From: Dimorphilus gyrociliatus | Lineage: Eukaryota > Animalia > Annelida | Direction: 5' to 3' | Assembly: GCA_904063045.1 (NCBI GenBank) | Contig: CAJFCJ010000014.1 | Span: forward strand, 310,001-374,000 | DNA length: 64,000 nt | Shown here: positions 58,065 through 64,000 of the stretch, in pieces | How the letters are laid out: each line of letters begins with the position of its first letter | Numbering within the stretch: the stretch's first letter is position 1 | Notes under the pieces: model-generated | What the model saw: the letters and a program-made list of their open reading frames with translations, nothing else | What the model was told of the DNA's origin: nothing | Database searches by the model: none | Made by a program: the position numbers and the translations under genes

Positions 58065-61000
58065 TTAATATTTATCTCTTGAATAGGCAGTTCGTTTTTG
58101 GAGAATTTTCTTGACAAAATCTCCAAAGTACAACATGTTCTTCATGGATAAATCTTTGGAAAAGACCTCTATGTCATTGTTGAGATACAAGTATATTTGT
58201 GACTTCTGTTCAGTAAAATGAAAGTTAAAGTAAGCGAAAGATAAAAGGCAATTAATAGAAAGAGACCTACATAAACGATAACATTACTTAATTGAATTTT
58301 ATTCTTAAAACAAAACTGATTTTCGTGTAAAAGTACAATGCATTTGATAATCTTTCGCAAACATTTGAAATATTTCATATTTCTAAAGAAATCCTTTGAT
58401 AATAAAGATGCCAATGATATTCTTTGACTATTTCGCAATCGAAAAACAATACCATTCTCTCTTTGATTTCTATAAAGTTTCAAAACTGAAAAAGGTGGAC
58501 ATGAAAATCTAAAGCCTTGTTCTATTTAAAAAACTACACTTTCATAAATATGGCAATACTTTTCCTTTTCTATCTCTTTATCTCTAGAAAAAGGCATTTA
58601 CATGTAGAATATACTTATTATCCATTAAAACTTTGCCATCTTTTTACCTGATGATCCTGGATCGTTTTCTCTTATCCTTTCTGAGTTGTTTGTAATTTTC
58701 AATGTTGAAAACAACGGGAGTTATCAATGAATTTAAGGGAAAAACAACAACAACCAGCCAGTAATAGGTTTCGTTTGGAATATCAATGGAAACAAATTTG
58801 TGAGAAATATCTAAAAAAATGGTTGACATGATCAAAGGCTTTTTACAAACACAACAGTCCTATTACATAGAACGGAAACTGCTGACCAAATTAGAGAGTT
58901 TGCCAATCCTATGAAAAACGCCTTTATTTCCTTCATTTCTGTGTTAATCATCTTTTCTCCATCGCACTCTTTCATACTTTGTTTTAAAATCAAGATACAT
59001 TTTGAATAGACAAATATCATGATATAGTTTAAGAGACAAATCAAAAATGTAAATGCTAGAAATGAATGCTGTGCATTATACCCTTCGTCGTTGAAAATAT
59101 CAAAAGAAAAACATATCCTCGATCTTGAATTTCTTTTCTATTCGTTTAATTTTCATTAATCCTCTATTCATTAGTATTTCTATCACTAGGCTTACTTTAT
59201 TCAGATGTATTAATAGATACATTATGCTCACTGATATTAGGAGCGCTAACAAATTGCAGGAATAAACTTGTTTGTCAGAGAATCCATAATGAGGTTTTAA
59301 CATTTTCAAATATCTCTTTAGCGCAATTAAAAGCAACAGAATGTTTGATAGAATTAGAGAGCTGCCAAACAGTAAATCTAGAAATGAACAGAACATCCCA
59401 TTTAACCAGTTAGACATTTTAAGCACAAATTCGTCACCAAAATATTTATCAGCAGCTGCAATACTTAGGAGATAAAGGGAAGATGAAAGATTTGAAAAAG
59501 AGAGAAACACTCGCAGCAGATTGCGAGATTCGCTGAATATGATGAATTGGAAGAAGAGAAATAGCGCGTTTGCTATAAAAGAAACACTACCCACGCTCCA
59601 AACTGTCACACGTAAAGAAAATGAATGCAAAAGGGTAGAACAGGAAATTGTTGTTAGTTTTGTGTGCAAACATGTTTTCAATGACTTTGAATATTTCAAA
59701 GCAAAACAACACAACTCGTAATAATTATTAAAGATTGTTTCCACGTTTTCCATTGGTGCTACGAAATGGAAAATATGATCTGTAGGTAGAATTGTTCCTT
59801 TCAAGTTCAAAAGCTTGACATTTTCCAAAGAGATAGAGGCTTTTTGATCTATAGAGAAGACTCTCAAATTAGTCATATGAATGATTTGGAGGTTATTTAG
59901 CTTGAAAAAGAGATGTTCATGAAAATATTGAATATTTGTTCTACTCAGATCGAGGAAACGAAGTTGGGGGAAAATACTAAATGTGAATTTGTCCTTCAAG
60001 CGAATGGGATTATTTGCAACACTCAAGTAATGCAACTTGGCCATTTTCTCCTTGAAAATTGTAGTCAAACTTTTTAAATAATTATGTTCCAGTGTTATTG
60101 AAAAGGCGTTGGGAAATGTAGAAGATATATCAAATTCATTTGTCCATTGAACGTGAACAAACCAAATGGCAACTATATGTTCATGTCGGAATGGAATGCC
60201 ACTTGATATGGTTTTCCATGTAAAATTCAAGCTTTTAAAATAGGTTCCCTTCAAGCTGTCAATTGAAATCGACTGTTTGTAAGCTTTGCTGTCTCTTTCC
60301 ATGCAATTGAGTATATGTAGAGGATCACAAACGCAGTGGTTTAGGCATATAGTTTCTTTGTGACAATAGATTTCGTCACTTCCTTCTATACAATCTACCT
60401 TATCATCGCAAACTCTTTGAACTGGAAGAAATGTATCATTTCCGCGACACTTGAAGTATCCAGGTGGGTAAAAATCATCTGTTTTTAAGAAAACACTGAC
60501 TGAAATGAAGTGGCGTGAATGCCTTTGTACAGTTTACCGCAGTAAAGTTCATCGTCATGATAAGGACACTGACTAATTTTATCGCATATTTGATCCAATT
60601 TAAGACAATATCCAGTGTCTGAACATTTGTAATAGGCTTTAGGACATGTTCTATGTTGGCATACTTCGGAATAGTCAGTATTTAAATAAAACTTTGATTC
60701 CAAAATGCCATTTCGCTCATATTTCAATATACAATCGCTGGAAATATCAGCTGCAGATGTTAATTGATAGAACTCTGCGCACAGAGGGAAACTCTCGTCT
60801 AGCCCATCATCGCAGTGCTGAATGTAATCGCACTTGTGAATTTGTAAGATACATTTGTTATCACATTGAAAGTAATATTGGGAATTCTTGCACTCTAATC
60901 AAATGTTCATTGGAGTAAATGAAAGAGAGATTTTAATGCAAAAGGATGTAAACCTCCTGGCGAAATAACGCAATTTTCATCAGAATTATCAATACAATTT

Positions 61001-64000
61001 ATAGAACCGTCACAATGGTATCGTGAGTCAATACATTGTCTATTGTCGCATCTATAAATAATTGTTAATTTAACAACTATAATGAATTTTTAAAAGCTTT
61101 AAACAACGTTATTTGTCCTTCTCCACACCGCTCGTAATCTGTGGTTTAAAGGTATTGTTAGTCTTCTTATCTTATTCAACTTGTAGGCTGAAGAAAACGC
61201 CGAACTACGTCTCACCGCAATAAGCTTCGTCCAGCCAATTTTCACAGTCGTTCACGTGGTTGCAAACTAGTTGATGAGATATCTTCTGAGTAGAGCTACA
61301 CTCGAAATAGATAAAATGCTCAGGGCAGTTCTCTTCATCCTCTCCCATTGGACAATCTACGACTGCATCGCAAATATAGATATTGTTAATGCATATTTCA
61401 GAAGAATTGCACATGAAAGTGTTGTTGGGGCAAATTCTCTCATATTTCGGAAGAGCTAAGAGATCTTTCATAGTGAGAACATCTGCCCAGCCTGAGTGAT
61501 TAAAGCGATAAGAATCTGATAGTCGATATAACAACAGTTACCAATTAATTCTTGACAAAAAAAGAATATATGATTTGCAATATCACAGCCAATTGTGTAG
61601 AATTTTAGAGTGTGAAAATATTTTGTATAACCGAATCCATAAAAGCAATCCATTTCATTTGTTGATCTCCAGAAATCATCATCAAAAGAATCAGGGTCAT
61701 CTTGCAAGTAATTCCTAAATATATAAGTTAGCTATTAATTATGCTTATAATGTTGTTCTTGATCAAAGGCCTGTGGTCGTTGTCTGTTTACTCTGCAAAA
61801 AAACACTTACACTCGTTCTTTATAAGGGTGAAATATAGGTATTTGACTGTCGATTCCGGATGAATAAACTCTGACAGTTTGACCCCTCAGATTTTTCTTT
61901 ACAGTCAGCTCTGAAACATACGTCTATAGTGAAAGTAATAGGGGAATAAAAATGAAATTGAACTGGAAGGTATTCTGAACATTCCGCCGAGCAATTCCTC
62001 TTCTGCGTCGAAAAAAATCAGCGTCTAGTTTTTAAAATCTACATGAAATATATGAAAGAAACCTCTCAGTTTATAATTGATTTCAATTGTTAAATTGGTA
62101 AGAATATTTGAAGAAGAGATGAGCAAATAAAAATACTGTTGATTATCTCTCTTGGGATCAAAGATAAACAAGTTTCTCTTCCTGCAAAATGCGTCCACCT
62201 GTGCAATAGACCTACGCTCTTCTCCTCTGAAGAGATAATAGCAAGCTCCTCTGTAGAAATATCCATCGCTGCGACTACAGGCTATTGAAGGAGAGAGTTG
62301 AGGAGTTTTTCACCCCAATTCATATATCACTTTACCTCTCTGAATTCGTTTTTCGCATCTGATTATAGGAAGAAATCTCGTGTAATAGATAAAGTTCATT
62401 AACCTTCTATAAAAGATAACACAAGTTATTTTCATTAATCATATATATGTGAATACTACAATGCTTTGAATTTTTGATCAATTTTATCTTTCACTTTAAG
62501 AGAATGCTATTTCGAAAAATGCTCTCGTTTTTATTAAGATCTAACTATCTATTGAAGGTGATACAAACCAACTTGATCCAGTTTGATTGAAATTGACACG
62601 ATGAAAAGTTGACAGCATTTGTACAATTTAAATTGAATAATGACATTCCAAAGTATCTTAACCGTATTCGATGAAAAGAAGTTGAACCTGCAGAAAATCC
62701 AAAATATCCGCAAACTAGTTTTGCTTCTTTCCAATACAAGTAGAATGGATTAATGTGATACCAGGATTTCTTGTAATATATCTGAAGACTTCCTTCAAAT
62801 TCACTTTTTTCATTTACTTTACCAGTTTCCGCAAATAAACTGCCTTTTGAAAAACTATATAGTCTGAGATCCATATCTTTATTGAACAAATGAATATGGC
62901 GAGTTAGAGAAATGATAAGGAAAACAAGCAATTTACCTTTATGTTCCATTATGTCATTTTCACAATATATTTGAAAGGTGAAAAAGAGATCGGTAGATAT
63001 TTCTAATGAGCATCCATTCAAGTATGAATCGTCCCATTTGCAATTCTTCAATATGGGCCAATGAGTATCGTTTATTGCAGAATTCTGATATTTAAATATG
63101 TCGTTTGTCTAAATAAAGAGAATATTAATCAATCAGTTTGTCAATTCGTCAATTCATCAGTCAAAAAACAAACGTATTTCGCTTTCATTTTCACACTGAT
63201 CCCGTGAAAGTATATATCAGGTTTAACTGGTTTAAGAGTCAAACCTAAACGTTGACAATTCGCACTCATTGCCATCTGAATATCTTCGTTTATTGAATAG
63301 GCCAAGGGAATTACGCCAAATCTTCGAGAATCTATGTAGTGAAGAACTATTACGCTGCTGCTGCTTGTTTTTGGAGTGTGGTAAAAGTATTTGTAATAGA
63401 ATGAAGGAGTCTCTCTGATGGAGACATCTTTTTAAACAACTGCGATTAAGATCATCTGCTGAGCATCATAATTGAATGCAATACCTTGAATATCATTTTC
63501 CGAGCAGTGAACGTCACTGAATAGAGAAGGTGTAGAGATATTTTCTAAAACAGTTAATTCATTATCAACAATTTCGACAAATGCCTTTTTTTCAATGTTT
63601 TCAATGTTGATTTTGGACTGAACTCTTCTGCATACTTCTCCATGTTTGGCCTCCTTTGCAGACAGTTTGTAGAATTGTTGATTGATTCTCAAGAGTATAC
63701 TAAAAGATACGGAACGGAGTGTGTTTGCTGCTATCAGCACTGTGTTGAGAGAGAGATGAAAAAGATATGTAAATTGAATAGACAGGAGGGTTTGAACGAT
63801 TTACTTGGAGATTTCTTGAGGAAACACTTCAAACAGTAGTAATTGGTACAAGATTGGCAGTTTGCTATTTGAATGGTTCTGATGGATTGACGTTTTTACG
63901 ATTTAAGAGTTTGAATGCTTCGCTGTGTAGTATATACCTTTTTGCTATTCGATCCTTAATGATTGCCTTAATAATGCTAGAATTGCGCTTAAATTCTGTA
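58065..64000 (-). CDS. Copy B: paralogous SRCR/CTL/LDLa/LRR/7TM/kinase-like receptor; 5' end lies beyond the window
   Basis: Same exon organisation as copy A. SRCR region >64000-~62560, CTL ~62290-62070 (GACYYIS..QVDAFC), six LDLa 61450-60360, exon 60478-59196, then 59137-58867, 58810-58648, 58583-58540, 58485-58271, 58205-58065. Confidence 0.8.
62726..64000 (-). repeat. Right arm of the inverted repeat (runs off the window end)
   Basis: Identical ORF translations at 52252/63740, 52153/63642 and 52941/63051. Confidence 0.95.

Overview
AT-rich animal genomic DNA with a gene-dense, short-intron (mostly 50-100 nt) layout. Vax plus GRL101-like LDLa-LRR GPCRs suggest a compact-genome lophotrochozoan, possibly an annelid such as Dimorphilus (inference only). 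I assembled spliced gene models by hand from GT-AG sites and phase. In order: SIK kinase (+), polycystin-2/PKD2 (-) with two tandem mutually exclusive exons, DDX21 (-) head-to-head with an APP-family gene (+), a 145-aa uncharacterised membrane protein (-), an assembly gap, Vax (+), a RING/B-box/coiled-coil/propeller TRIM-like gene (+), TMEM163 (-), a GPI-anchored Skeletor-like DM13/DOMON gene (+), a secreted stand-alone ITIH C-terminal-domain protein (-), EndoU (-) and a gag-like relic. The last 13 kb hold a cluster of three related receptor genes in alternating orientation: one collapsed relic and two apparently intact tail-to-tail copies. The intact copies appear to encode SRCR-like x4 / C-type lectin / LDLa x6 / LRR / rhodopsin-type 7TM proteins. 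In both, a splice donor just before the apparent stop codon extends the protein into a ~130-aa degenerate kinase-like cytoplasmic domain. This receptor pair and the PKD2 exon switch are the most notable observations.
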